Shown here: piece by piece, positions 35,235-46,934 of the stretch | Layout: each line of letters opens with the position of its first letter | Position numbering within the stretch: position 1 is the first letter of the stretch | Assembly: GCF_003334815.1 (NCBI RefSeq) | Contig: NZ_QOWO01000014.1 | Strand: one strand, 5' to 3' | DNA length: 64,000 bases | Source of the DNA: Escherichia coli | GTDB taxonomy: Bacteria > Pseudomonadota > Gammaproteobacteria > Enterobacterales > Enterobacteriaceae | Notes under the pieces: generated by a model | Told to the model about the DNA's origin: nothing | The model's input: the letters and a program-made list of their open reading frames with translations, nothing else | Database searches by the model: none | Made by a program: the position numbers and the translations under genes

Positions 35235-35684
35235 TCAGGACAACAGCGTGCCCCACTGTTCGACCCACGGATTTGATTCCGTTTCCGGTTCCGGGTTCTC
35301 ACTGGCGTCAATCAACAGCATTTCGCCAACCCGCTGAGCGCTCTGTTCCTGCAACAAGGCATCGAACTGTTTGCCGCCATTGCAGAAATTCACATAACTA
35401 CTGTCGCCGAGCGCAATCACGCCATAACGCAGATTCGGCTGGAAGCCCAGACTATCTTTGATTCCCTGAAAGAGTGGCACAATGCTATCAGGAAGGTCGC
35501 CCTGCCCGGTCGTGGACGTAACCACCAGAACATACTTATCCTGATAGGGCAGCCAGTCGCTTAATTCAGGATCTTCAAATACCGTTGCTTTGTGGCCCTG
35601 CGCGGTCAGAATCGCTTCCGCTTCTTCGGCCACTAACAGTGAATTCCCGTACATGGTGCCGACAAAAATACCAATTTCCGCCAT
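35235..35684 (-). CDS. yqcA: Flavodoxin-like protein, 149 aa
   Basis: FMN-binding motif [12 protein letters not shown]. Confidence 0.9.
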
Positions 35685-35701
35685 ACCGTTTTCTCCCTGG
35701 A

Positions 35702-36484
35702 TTAGGAACTTATCTCTCCATCCTGACCCGATGGCGCACTGAACTCAACCCTTTCATTTTCAGGAAGCAGACCGCGCCAGCCAAATTGTGATAACGCCTG
35801 CATCCAGGTGTCGTCCAGGCCCGCGTGAATAGTCAGCGGCTCGCCAGTAAAAGGATGCGTCAATGACAACTGACTGGCATGTAGCATTAACCGCTGGAGG
35901 CCAAAATGCTCAGCACCGCTGCGATTCTGGCGTAAATCGCCATGTTTGCTATCGCCAATAATCGGATGACGCAAATGGGCAAGATGTCGGCGAAGCTGAT
36001 GTTTGCGTCCGGTTTTCGGCTCCAGTTCCACCAGGCCGTAGCGCGTGGTCGGGTAACGTCCGGTCGCTACCGGCATTTCTACGGTCGCCAGACCGCGATA
36101 ATGCGTCACTGCTGGCTGCGGGCCTTTATCTTCGCGGGCAAATTTATCAGCGATTTTGTCCAGTTCTTCCACCAGTGGATAATCCAGCACCGCTTCTTCC
36201 ATCAACCAGCCGCGCACAATCGCATGGTAACGTTTCTGGATTTGGTGCTGTTCAAACTGTTGTGCCAGCAGCCGTCCGGCCTCGCTGGATAATCCCATCA
36301 ACAACACACCAGAAGTGGGTCGGTCCAGACGATGAGCAGTAAAAACATGCTGGCCTATCTGGTCACGCACGGTTTGCATGACCACTACTTTCTCGTCGCG
36401 ATCCAGCCAGCTGCGGTGAACCAGCCAGCCGGAGGGTTTATTTACCGCAACCAGCCATTCATCCTGATAGAGTATTTCCAGCAT
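35702..36484 (-). CDS. truC: tRNA pseudouridine(65) synthase, 260 aa
   Basis: RluA-family catalytic motif [12 protein letters not shown]. Confidence 0.93.
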
Positions 36485-36813
36485 TAGCTCGCATCATCCG
36501 CAAAAAGAGCATCCAGTTTTTCCAGCTCAGCCAGAATAAGCGCGCGTTGCGGATGGTCCGTCGCCAGCGCCATTTCATAATAGGGTGCAACGGCAAAAGC
36601 GCCCGGTAACGGCTGTTTGTTATCTAACAAATCGTGCATTCGCGGGATCAGCACCCACTGCAACCACTCCAGTGGTTCCATGGTGTCCATAAAGAACGGT
36701 TGGGTACTATTAAATTGATGCGGCTGGGGTTCATCGTTTCGCCAGTGCTGATGTTCACGCAGTAACGCTTCAAGCGCCTGCAACTGGAGACGAACGCGGT
36801 CATGAGTGGTCAT
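36484..36813 (-). CDS. yqcC: DUF446-family protein, 109 aa
   Basis: Full-length ORF; stop overlaps truC start by 1 nt. Confidence 0.85.
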   Translation of the reverse strand: MTTHDRVRLQLQALEALLREHQHWRNDEPQPHQFNSTQPFFMDTMEPLEWLQWVLIPRMHDLLDNKQPLPGAFAVAPYYEMALATDHPQRALILAELEKLDALFADDAS

Positions 36814-36858
36814 AAAGCAACCTCAATAAGAAAAACTGCCGCGAAGGATAGCAGGAAT

Positions 36859-37223
36859 AAAAAAAGGGAGCACTGTATTCACAGCGCTCCCGGTTCGTTT
36901 CGCAGCATTCCAGCTACTTTTGTTGCTCCCTGCTCATCCTTGACAACTTTTCCTCTGGCCTTGCGGCCAATCGTTCATCCTGAACTATTGCTTCCTGCTC
37001 ACACCACCCCGATGTGATACTTCATCCTGAAGTGTCCCTGGCCTTCCTGACCCACCGAATCATCCTGACCGGTTCTCATTCTCCATCCTGGAGGTGTCCT
37101 TTAACGCGTCCTGCGTCATCCTCTTCGCTTCATCCAGAAGCCTTTCCCTGAAACACCATCCTGGTGTGTCCTGCAGAAGTGTCATCATCCTGATGTTCAC
37201 TTCGTTGTCTGACTCCCTGTCGA
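36859..37223 (-). ncRNA. csrB: CsrB small RNA (CsrA-sequestering)
   Basis: About 20 GGA motifs on the minus strand, many as CAGGAUG/AGGAUG; 5' end GUCGACAGGGAGUCAGACAACG; 3' hairpin GGGAGCGCUGUGAAUACAGUGCUCCC plus U7. Confidence 0.85.
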
Positions 37224-37397
37224 CGAAGATAGAATCGTCTTTTTCGCGAAGTCTTACAAGGCGCTTACAGACAATGCCTTAAGGAAAATTTCATATGAAA
37301 GTTAAGAATTAACAATCAACATTTTGATTTTAAATGAAAATAACGATTCTTATCTTTTTAAGTATTCGCTTATTTCCTGGCGATCTCCTACAGAGTC

Positions 37398-37415
37398 TGT
37401 AAGAGATCTCTCACA
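37398..37415. promoter_or_regulatory. UvrY (BarA/UvrY response regulator) binding palindrome upstream of csrB
   Basis: Perfect 18-bp palindrome TGTAAGAGATCTCTCACA about 175 bp upstream of the csrB 5' end. Confidence 0.6.
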
Positions 37416-37434
37416 ACCAGATGGGGTATTTGGA

Positions 37435-37980
37435 TTACAGAAGAGGCTTAAGTTGATTAAGGAATTCCGCAAGATTTGAGGCTAAATGCGTCCGTTTACG
37501 TGTTCCCAGCGTCTCTTTGCACACTTCACCGGAGAGATTACACACCGAGATGACCTCTAACTCTTCTTCCAGCGTCGCGATAAATAGTGTGGGCGGCAGT
37601 TTTAGCCTTTTCTGAGTCACCAGATGACCAATCAGATTTTCCTGCACCCGACGGAAGTCGTCTTCACTCCAGGTTTGCAGCAATGTCAGTTTGATATCGC
37701 CAAACTGCGCGTGCATATCCCCGGCAAACTGAGTCGTATAAAAGGTATGAATTGTGGGTTGTATCACAATATCAAAAGCGCGTTCAACCGCGTTTACATT
37801 TTGTTCCCCGGTAAACGGCTGGGGTTGCCAGTATACGGCATCTTCGGTAGTTGAAATAATGCACGGTGAAGGAACACCGTACAGTTCCTCACTTAACGGC
37901 CAGCTTTTATGCTCTTCATGCCACGCATCGCAGTAGCGTGCAGTAAAATCTTTCAGGGCTTGTGCGGTCAAATCGTCCAC
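37435..37980 (-). CDS. syd: SecY-interacting protein Syd, 181 aa
   Basis: Full-length [23 protein letters not shown]...; apparent GTG start. Confidence 0.9.
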
Positions 37981-38047
37981 TAATTTCTCTCTTCACTTAA
38001 ACCAGATACACTTGTCGTTTAGTTTATCTGGTTTATGACGGTGAAAC

Positions 38048-38896
38048 ATGTCTTCTTATGCAAACCATCAGGCACTTGCGGGCCTGACTCTTGGAAAATC
38101 AACCGATTACCGGGATACCTATGACGCCAGCCTACTGCAAGGCGTTCCACGCAGCCTGAATCGCGACCCGCTGGGTCTGAAAGCGGATAACCTGCCTTTT
38201 CACGGTACGGATATCTGGACGCTGTATGAACTTTCCTGGCTGAATGCGAAAGGTTTGCCGCAGGTCGCTGTCGGTCATGTTGAACTTGATTACACCAGCG
38301 TAAATCTGATTGAGTCGAAGAGTTTTAAGCTCTATCTCAACAGTTTTAACCAGACGCGTTTTAATAACTGGGATGAGGTGCGCCAGACGCTGGAGCGCGA
38401 CTTAAGCACTTGCGCTCAGGGTAAGATTAGCGTGGCGTTATATCGTCTTGATGAACTGGAAGGCCAGCCGATAGGTCATTTTAATGGCACTTGCATTGAT
38501 GACCAGGATATCACTATCGATAACTATGAATTCACTACTGACTATCTGGAGAATGCCACCTGTGGTGAAAAAGTAGTGGAAGAGACGCTTGTCAGCCACC
38601 TGCTGAAATCAAACTGCCTGATCACCCATCAACCAGATTGGGGTTCGCTCCAAATTCAGTATCGTGGACGCCAAATTGACAGAGAAAAACTGCTGCGTTA
38701 CCTGGTCTCATTCCGTCATCACAACGAGTTCCACGAACAGTGCGTGGAACGCATCTTTAATGACCTGTTACGCTTCTGCCAGCCAGAAAAATTGAGCGTT
38801 TACGCACGTTATACCCGTCGTGGCGGTCTGGACATTAACCCGTGGCGCAGTAATAGCGATTTTGTCCCATCGACCACAAGACTGGTTCGGCAATAA
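38048..38896 (+). CDS. queF: NADPH-dependent 7-cyano-7-deazaguanine (preQ0) reductase, 282 aa
   Basis: Full-length [29 protein letters not shown]... Confidence 0.95.
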   Translation: MSSYANHQALAGLTLGKSTDYRDTYDASLLQGVPRSLNRDPLGLKADNLPFHGTDIWTLYELSWLNAKGLPQVAVGHVELDYTSVNLIESKSFKLYLNSFNQTRFNNWDEVRQTLERDLSTCAQGKISVALYRLDELEGQPIGHFNGTCIDDQDITIDNYEFTTDYLENATCGEKVVEETLVSHLLKSNCLITHQPDWGSLQIQYRGRQIDREKLLRYLVSFRHHNEFHEQCVERIFNDLLRFCQPEKLSVYARYTRRGGLDINPWRSNSDFVPSTTRLVRQ

Positions 38897-39007
38897 ATTT
38901 TTTCTCAATTTTGCGTGCTGGATTCACGCAGAAGGTTGTGAAAGGTCATCAGGCAGGGCTATTGTAATCAAAGGGAATGACGATATTCGTCCCATAAGGA
39001 GTTTTTC

Positions 39008-40372
39008 TTGATTACACATATTAGCCCGCTTGGCTCCATGGATATGTTGTCGCAGCTGGAAGTGGATATGCTTAAACGCACCGCCAGCAGCGACCTCTAT
39101 CAACTGTTTCGCAACTGTTCACTTGCCGTACTGAACTCCGGTAGTTTGACCGATAACAGCAAAGAATTGCTGTCTCGTTTTGAAAATTTCGATATTAACG
39201 TCTTGCGCCGTGAACGCGGCGTAAAGCTGGAACTGATTAATCCCCCGGAAGAGGCTTTTGTCGATGGGCGAATTATTCGCGCTTTGCAGGCCAACTTGTT
39301 CGCGGTCCTGCGTGACATTCTCTTCGTTTACGGGCAAATCCATAACACCGTTCGTTTTCCCAACCTGAATCTCGACAACTCCGTCCACATCACTAACCTG
39401 GTCTTTTCCATCTTGCGTAACGCTCGCGCGCTGCATGTGGGTGAAGCGCCAAATATGGTGGTCTGCTGGGGCGGTCACTCAATTAACGAAAACGAGTATT
39501 TGTATGCCCGTCGCGTCGGAAACCAGCTGGGCCTGCGTGAGCTGAATATCTGCACCGGCTGTGGTCCGGGAGCGATGGAAGCGCCGATGAAAGGTGCTGC
39601 GGTCGGACACGCGCAGCAGCGTTACAAAGACAGTCGTTTTATTGGTATGACAGAGCCGTCGATTATCGCCGCTGAACCGCCTAACCCGCTGGTCAACGAA
39701 TTGATCATCATGCCAGATATCGAAAAACGTCTGGAAGCGTTTGTCCGTATCGCTCACGGTATCATTATCTTCCCTGGCGGTGTGGGTACGGCAGAAGAGT
39801 TGCTCTATTTGCTGGGAATTTTAATGAACCCGGCCAACAAAGATCAGGTTTTACCATTGATCCTCACCGGCCCGAAAGAGAGCGCCGACTACTTCCGCGT
39901 ACTGGACGAGTTTGTCGTGCATACGCTGGGTGAAAACGCGCGCCGCCATTACCGCATCATCATTGATGACGCAGCTGAAGTCGCTCGTCAGATGAAAAAA
40001 TCGATGCCGCTGGTGAAAGAAAATCGCCGTGATACAGGCGATGCCTACAGCTTTAACTGGTCAATGCGCATTGCGCCAGATTTGCAAATGCCGTTTGAGC
40101 CGTCTCACGAGAATATGGCTAATCTGAAGCTTTACCCGGATCAACCTGTTGAAGTGCTGGCTGCCGACCTGCGCCGTGCGTTCTCCGGTATTGTGGCGGG
40201 TAACGTAAAAGAAGTCGGTATTCGCGCCATTGAAGAGTTTGGTCCTTACAAAATCAACGGCGATAAAGAGATTATGCGTCGTATGGACGACCTGCTACAG
40301 GGTTTTGTTGCCCAGCATCGTATGAAGTTGCCAGGCTCAGCCTACATCCCTTGCTACGAAATCTGCACGTAA
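39008..40372 (+). CDS. ppnN: Nucleotide 5'-monophosphate nucleosidase (LOG family), 454 aa
   Basis: LOG-family PGGxGTxxE motif ([14 protein letters not shown]). Confidence 0.93.
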
Positions 40373-40380
40373 TCTCCGCT

Positions 40381-40417
40381 CCCCCGGTGACGTTTGTTGC
40401 CGGGTTTTCTCGTTTTT
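40381..40417 (+). terminator. Candidate intrinsic terminator after ppnN
   Basis: CCCGG-TGACGTTTGTTG-CCGGG followed by TTTTCTCGTTTTT. Confidence 0.45.
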
Positions 40418-40928
40418 GGTCACTTACTCATCAACTCATTTCATTTGTTATATGAATGTTTCTTACCACCCTCACGCGACAAATATCATCACAGTTAATA
40501 TGTCATACAATTTATGTTGCAACGCAAACGTTTCCCTATTTTCATAAACCGTATTTTATCGCTATGAAAAAGAAATTATCGCCATGATTAACTAAAAGTA
40601 TTGATTTTTTCAGTTCAACCTACATATATTGCGCGCCCCGGAAGAAGTCAGATGTCGTTTAATGGGCAAATATTGCCCTTAAATTCTCTTTTACTTTTGA
40701 TTTACAGAGTAAAGCGTTGGGATAATCTATCTTCCAAGTAGATTATTGTATTTGAGATCAAGATCACTGATAGATACATAACTTGTGTGTATCTTTCCGC
40801 CCTCAAATTATTACGGCGGTAAATGATTAAGCCATCGCCGATAGACAGATTTCATTTTTACGGTCAGGCACCTTCCCGGGCTGAACTGGCTAAAAGCTGA
40901 ATTATTTGCATTCCTCCAGGAGAAATAG

Positions 40929-42218
40929 ATGGAAACGACTCAAACCAGCACGATTGCGTCGAAAGACTCTCGTAGTGCCTGGCGCAAGACAGACACCATG
41001 TGGATGCTGGGCCTTTACGGCACGGCAATCGGCGCGGGCGTGCTGTTCCTGCCAATCAACGCCGGTGTTGGCGGTATGATCCCGCTGATCATCATGGCTA
41101 TCCTTGCGTTCCCGATGACGTTTTTTGCTCACCGCGGCCTGACTCGCTTCGTACTGTCTGGTAAAAACCCGGGCGAAGACATCACCGAGGTTGTAGAAGA
41201 ACACTTTGGTATTGGCGCAGGTAAACTGATTACCCTGCTCTACTTCTTCGCTATCTACCCGATCCTGCTGGTTTATAGCGTGGCAATCACCAATACCGTT
41301 GAAAGCTTCATGTCTCACCAGCTGGGTATGACGCCACCGCCGCGTGCGATTCTATCGCTGATCCTGATCGTGGGTATGATGACCATCGTTCGCTTCGGTG
41401 AGCAGATGATCGTTAAAGCGATGAGTATTCTGGTATTCCCGTTTGTTGGCGTACTGATGCTGCTGGCTCTGTACCTGATCCCGCAGTGGAACGGCGCTGC
41501 ACTGGAAACGCTGTCTCTGGACACTGCATCTGCAACCGGAAACGGTCTGTGGATGACCCTGTGGCTGGCAATTCCGGTAATGGTGTTCTCGTTCAACCAC
41601 TCTCCGATCATCTCTTCTTTCGCCGTTGCGAAGCGTGAAGAGTACGGCGATATGGCAGAACAGAAATGCTCGAAGATCCTGGCATTCGCACACATCATGA
41701 TGGTGCTGACCGTAATGTTCTTCGTCTTCAGCTGTGTACTGAGCCTGACTCCGGCAGACCTGGCTGCGGCTAAAGAGCAGAACATCTCGATTCTGTCTTA
41801 CCTGGCTAACCACTTTAACGCACCGGTTATCGCGTGGATGGCTCCGATTATCGCGATTATCGCTATCACCAAATCCTTCCTCGGTCACTACCTGGGCGCA
41901 CGTGAAGGCTTCAACGGTATGGTGATTAAATCTCTGCGTGGTAAAGGTAAGTCTATCGAAATCAACAAGCTGAACCGTATCACTGCGCTGTTCATGCTGG
42001 TAACGACCTGGATTGTTGCCACCCTGAACCCGAGCATCCTGGGTATGATTGAAACCCTGGGCGGTCCAATCATCGCGATGATCCTGTTCCTGATGCCGAT
42101 GTACGCAATTCAGAAAGTACCGGCAATGCGTAAGTACAGCGGTCACATCAGCAACGTATTCGTTGTCGTGATGGGTCTGATTGCAATCTCCGCAATCTTC
42201 TACTCTCTGTTCAGCTAA
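40929..42218 (+). CDS. sdaC: Serine:H+ symporter (HAAAP family), 429 aa
   Basis: Full-length [34 protein letters not shown]... Confidence 0.95.
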   Translation: METTQTSTIASKDSRSAWRKTDTMWMLGLYGTAIGAGVLFLPINAGVGGMIPLIIMAILAFPMTFFAHRGLTRFVLSGKNPGEDITEVVEEHFGIGAGKLITLLYFFAIYPILLVYSVAITNTVESFMSHQLGMTPPPRAILSLILIVGMMTIVRFGEQMIVKAMSILVFPFVGVLMLLALYLIPQWNGAALETLSLDTASATGNGLWMTLWLAIPVMVFSFNHSPIISSFAVAKREEYGDMAEQKCSKILAFAHIMMVLTVMFFVFSCVLSLTPADLAAAKEQNISILSYLANHFNAPVIAWMAPIIAIIAITKSFLGHYLGAREGFNGMVIKSLRGKGKSIEINKLNRITALFMLVTTWIVATLNPSILGMIETLGGPIIAMILFLMPMYAIQKVPAMRKYSGHISNVFVVVMGLIAISAIFYSLFS

Positions 42219-42275
42219 GTCCTTTCGCGCCGCTTTCGGGCGGCGCTTCCTCCGTTTTAACGCGATGTATTTCCT

Positions 42276-43643
42276 ATGATTAGCGTATTCGATATTTTCA
42301 AAATCGGCATTGGCCCTTCCAGTTCTCATACCGTTGGACCAATGAAAGCGGGTAAACAATTTACCGACGATCTGATTGCCCGTAACCTGCTTAAAGACGT
42401 GACCCGCGTGGTGGTTGACGTGTACGGCTCGCTCTCTCTGACCGGTAAAGGCCACCACACTGATATCGCCATTATTATGGGCCTGGCGGGTAACCTGCCG
42501 GATACCGTGGATATCGATTCCATCCCCAGTTTTATTCAGGATGTGAATACTCATGGTCGCCTGATGCTGGCAAACGGTCAGCATGAAGTGGAGTTCCCGG
42601 TTGATCAGTGCATGAACTTCCACGCCGACAACCTTTCTCTGCATGAAAACGGTATGCGCATTACCGCGCTGGCGGGCGATAAAGTCGTTTACAGCCAGAC
42701 TTACTACTCTATTGGCGGTGGCTTTATCGTTGATGAAGAGCATTTTGGCCAGCAGGATAGCGCACCGGTTGAAGTTCCTTATCCGTACAGTTCAGCAGCC
42801 GATCTGCAAAAACATTGTCAGGAAACCGGGCTGTCACTCTCTGGCCTGATGATGAAAAACGAGCTGGCGCTGCACAGCAAAGAAGAGCTGGAACAGCACC
42901 TGGCGAACGTCTGGGAAGTCATGCGCGGCGGTATTGAGCGCGGTATTTCCACCGAAGGCGTGTTGCCTGGCAAACTGCGCGTTCCACGCCGTGCTGCGGC
43001 ACTACGCCGGATGCTGGTCAGCCAGGATAAAACCACCACTGACCCGATGGCGGTTGTTGACTGGATCAACATGTTTGCACTGGCAGTGAACGAAGAGAAC
43101 GCTGCTGGCGGTCGCGTGGTGACTGCGCCGACTAACGGTGCGTGCGGGATTATCCCGGCAGTTCTGGCGTACTACGACAAGTTTATCCGCGAAGTGAACG
43201 CTAACTCACTGGCTCGTTACCTGCTGGTAGCCAGCGCCATTGGTTCTCTTTATAAGATGAACGCGTCGATTTCTGGTGCTGAAGTGGGTTGCCAGGGTGA
43301 AGTTGGCGTGGCGTGCTCAATGGCGGCGGCTGGTCTGGCAGAACTATTAGGCGCAAGCCCGGCGCAGGTGTGCATCGCGGCGGAAATCGCCATGGAGCAC
43401 AACCTCGGTCTGACGTGTGACCCGGTCGCCGGACAGGTACAGGTGCCATGCATCGAGCGTAACGCCATTGCGGCAGTAAAAGCGGTGAACGCCGCACGTA
43501 TGGCGCTGCGCCGTACCAGCGAGCCGCGCGTCTGCCTCGATAAAGTTATCGAAACCATGTACGAAACAGGTAAAGATATGAACGCCAAGTACCGCGAAAC
43601 CTCTCGCGGCGGCCTGGCAATGAAGATCGTTGCCTGCGATTAA
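42276..43643 (+). CDS. sdaB: L-serine dehydratase 2 (Fe-S), 455 aa
   Basis: Full-length ORF MISVFDIFKIGIGPSSSHTVGPMKAG... Confidence 0.97.
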   Translation: MISVFDIFKIGIGPSSSHTVGPMKAGKQFTDDLIARNLLKDVTRVVVDVYGSLSLTGKGHHTDIAIIMGLAGNLPDTVDIDSIPSFIQDVNTHGRLMLANGQHEVEFPVDQCMNFHADNLSLHENGMRITALAGDKVVYSQTYYSIGGGFIVDEEHFGQQDSAPVEVPYPYSSAADLQKHCQETGLSLSGLMMKNELALHSKEELEQHLANVWEVMRGGIERGISTEGVLPGKLRVPRRAAALRRMLVSQDKTTTDPMAVVDWINMFALAVNEENAAGGRVVTAPTNGACGIIPAVLAYYDKFIREVNANSLARYLLVASAIGSLYKMNASISGAEVGCQGEVGVACSMAAAGLAELLGASPAQVCIAAEIAMEHNLGLTCDPVAGQVQVPCIERNAIAAVKAVNAARMALRRTSEPRVCLDKVIETMYETGKDMNAKYRETSRGGLAMKIVACD

Positions 43644-44510
<867 letters not shown>

Positions 44511-44514
44511 CGGC

Positions 44515-44546
44515 GAGCCGGATACGCCGCAAACGTCGTATCCGGC
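44515..44546. terminator. Palindromic hairpin between convergent xni and fucO
   Basis: GCCGGATACG-CCGCAAACGT-CGTATCCGGC, 10-bp arms. Confidence 0.45.
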
Positions 44547-44564
44547 ATTATCACATCAGCGCAT

Positions 44565-45713
44565 TTACCAGGCGGTATGGTAAAGCTCTACAATATCCTC
44601 AAGCGTTGCTTCACGCGGGTTGCCACCGGTACAAACATCATCCAGTGCCGCCTGCGCCAGTGCCGGAATGTCTTCCTTGCGTACACCAACATCACGCAAA
44701 TGTGGCGGAATACCGACATCACGGTTGAGAGCAAACACCGCTTCAACAGCGGCATTACGCGCCTCTTCCAGGCTCATACCTTCCACTTTCACGCCCATAA
44801 CGCGCGCGATATCGCGGTACTTCTCACCGGTAAAGTCAGCGTTATAACGCATGACATGCGGTAACAGGATGGCGTTCGCAACACCGTGTGGAGTGTTATA
44901 AAACGCGCCCAGTGGATGCGCCATACCATGCACCAACCCTAACCCAACATTCGAGAAGCCCATACCCGCAACATACTGCCCGAGCGCCATTTCTTCTCCG
45001 GCATCCTTATCACCAGCAACCGATCCTCGCAGCGCCCCAGCAATGATTTCAATCGCTTTAATGTGCAGTGCATCGGTTAGCGCCCACGCGCCACGGGTAA
45101 TATACCCCTCAATAGCATGAGTGAGCGCATCGACACCCGTCGCAGCTTTCAGCGCTGGAGGCATACCATCCATCATGTCAGCGTCAATAAACGCCACCTG
45201 CGGGATATCATGCGGATCAACGCAAACAAACTTGCGCCGTTTCTCTTCGTCAGTGATCACGTAGTTAATGGTCACTTCTGCCGCAGTACCTGCTGTGGTA
45301 GGAATTGCCAGAATCGGTACACTGGGTTTATTGGTCGGGGAAAGCCCTTCCAGGCTACGCACATCGGCAAACTCCGGGTTGTTGCTGATAATGCCAATCG
45401 CTTTACAAGTATCCTGTGGAGAACCACCACCAATAGCGATCAGGTAATCCGCGCCGCTATTCTGGAATACACCGAGCCCTTCTTTGACGACAGTAATTGT
45501 TGGGTTGGGCACTACGCCGTCGTAAATCGCCCATGCCAGCCCTGCAGCATCCATCTTATCGGTCACTTTCGCCACCACGCCGCATTGCACCAGCGTTTTA
45601 TCGGTGACGATCAGCGCCTTCTGATAACCACGGCGTTTCACCTCATCGGTTAAAGCCCCAACAGCACCCCGACCAAACCATGCCGTTTCGTTCAGAATCA
45701 TTCTGTTAGCCAT
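44565..45713 (-). CDS. fucO: L-1,2-propanediol oxidoreductase (lactaldehyde reductase), 382 aa
   Basis: Iron-containing alcohol dehydrogenase family; MANRMILNETAWFGRGAVGAL... Confidence 0.96.
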   Translation of the reverse strand: MANRMILNETAWFGRGAVGALTDEVKRRGYQKALIVTDKTLVQCGVVAKVTDKMDAAGLAWAIYDGVVPNPTITVVKEGLGVFQNSGADYLIAIGGGSPQDTCKAIGIISNNPEFADVRSLEGLSPTNKPSVPILAIPTTAGTAAEVTINYVITDEEKRRKFVCVDPHDIPQVAFIDADMMDGMPPALKAATGVDALTHAIEGYITRGAWALTDALHIKAIEIIAGALRGSVAGDKDAGEEMALGQYVAGMGFSNVGLGLVHGMAHPLGAFYNTPHGVANAILLPHVMRYNADFTGEKYRDIARVMGVKVEGMSLEEARNAAVEAVFALNRDVGIPPHLRDVGVRKEDIPALAQAALDDVCTGGNPREATLEDIVELYHTAW

Positions 45714-45740
45714 CATCCTTCTCCTTGTTGCTTTACGAAA

Positions 45741-46388
45741 TTACTCTTCAATTCGTAACCCATAGGTTTTGAATTTCTCCAGCACTACGGCAATCTCTTC
45801 ATCGCTCAGCACTGGCACCGGGTCCGTAATCGCCAGGGTCGTCAGGTAAAGTTGCGCCAGCACTTCAACTTCATGCGCCAGCCATAACGCTTTTTCCAGA
45901 TTCACCTCACAAGCGATAAGCCCATGATGTTGTAACAAAGTTGCCTTACGATTTTTGAGAGCCAGCGCAACATGTTCAGAAAGTTCGCGTGTTCCAAAGG
46001 TCGCATAAGGCGCGCAAGGAATAGAATTACCGCCAGCCGCCGCAATCATGTAGTGAATAGCGGGGATCGATCGGTTAAGAATGGAAACTGCCGTGCAATG
46101 AACGGCATGATTGTGAACAACCGCGTTGGCATCCGGTCTGCTTTGATAGGCTGCCATATGGAAACGCCATTCGCTTGAGGGGAGCTTTCCTTCCTCATGT
46201 TTACCGTTGCCATCAATAAAGACAATATGCGACTCCGTCAGTTTTTCATATGGAATGCCTGTAGGCGTAATCAGCATCCCATCCTGATAACGTACACTGA
46301 CGTTCCCCGCTGTCCCCTGGTTCAGTCCCAGGCGGGTCATTTCCAGGCAAGTGTCAATAATCTGACGAGCAAGTTTATTTCGTTCCAT
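45741..46388 (-). CDS. fucA: L-fuculose-phosphate aldolase (class II), 215 aa
   Basis: Full-length ORF MERNKLARQIIDTCLEMTRLGLNQGTAGNVS... Confidence 0.96.
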   Translation of the reverse strand: MERNKLARQIIDTCLEMTRLGLNQGTAGNVSVRYQDGMLITPTGIPYEKLTESHIVFIDGNGKHEEGKLPSSEWRFHMAAYQSRPDANAVVHNHAVHCTAVSILNRSIPAIHYMIAAAGGNSIPCAPYATFGTRELSEHVALALKNRKATLLQHHGLIACEVNLEKALWLAHEVEVLAQLYLTTLAITDPVPVLSDEEIAVVLEKFKTYGLRIEE

Positions 46389-46770
46389 TAGCTACCTCTC
46401 TCTGATTCAAAACAGGGCAATAATGTTGTTCCTTTCACACTATTGAATTAGCCGTTTAATTACCCACCATCTTCTTCCTGATTAACAAGAAAGAAATTCA
46501 CAAGCTTATATTTTGTGACCTGGTTCAACTAATCACAGTAAATAACTGCAAGTTCTCTTTTTATAACCCCATTAAAAATGACCGCTCTTAAAAATATTTA
46601 TCAAAACGGTCATTTTTCTATTCCTCCAAGCCCGGAATGACCGTTTTCGGCACAAACAATTAATACGGTCATCTGATTTGTGTTTTTTATGATTTATTTT
46701 CTGAAACGGGCATGAAATTTCGATTATTAAAGTGATGGTAGTCACATAAAGTCACCTTCTAGCTAATAAG

Positions 46771-46786
46771 TGTGACCGCCGTCATA
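46771..46786. promoter_or_regulatory. Candidate CRP site upstream of fucP
   Basis: TGTGAccgccgTCATA: one mismatch to the TGTGA-N6-TCACA consensus, about 150 bp upstream of the fucP ATG. Confidence 0.35.
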
Positions 46787-46934
46787 TTACAGAGCGTTTT
46801 TTATTTGAAAATGAATCCATGAGTTCATTTCAGACAGGCAAATATTCACTGATATGAAGCCCGAACTCGCTGGTTTTGCACTTTTGAAAACATAACCGAT
46901 TACGTGCTTAAGCTTCTGAACCTAAGAGGATGCT

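Noticed and set aside
36802-37282. Short ORFs 36802..37017 and 37094..37282
   Set aside because: They lie within or antisense to the csrB sRNA; the region is better explained as non-coding RNA.
41352-42743. 463-aa ORF on the minus strand spanning sdaC and sdaB
   Set aside because: Antisense shadow ORF of two well-supported genes; Arg/His/Gln-rich low-complexity composition, no start context, crosses an intergenic gap on the sense strand.
46515-46537. TGTGA...TCACA pair upstream of fucA as a CRP site
   Set aside because: The two half-sites are separated by 14 nt rather than the 6 nt of the CRP consensus, so as a pair it is not a canonical CRP site.
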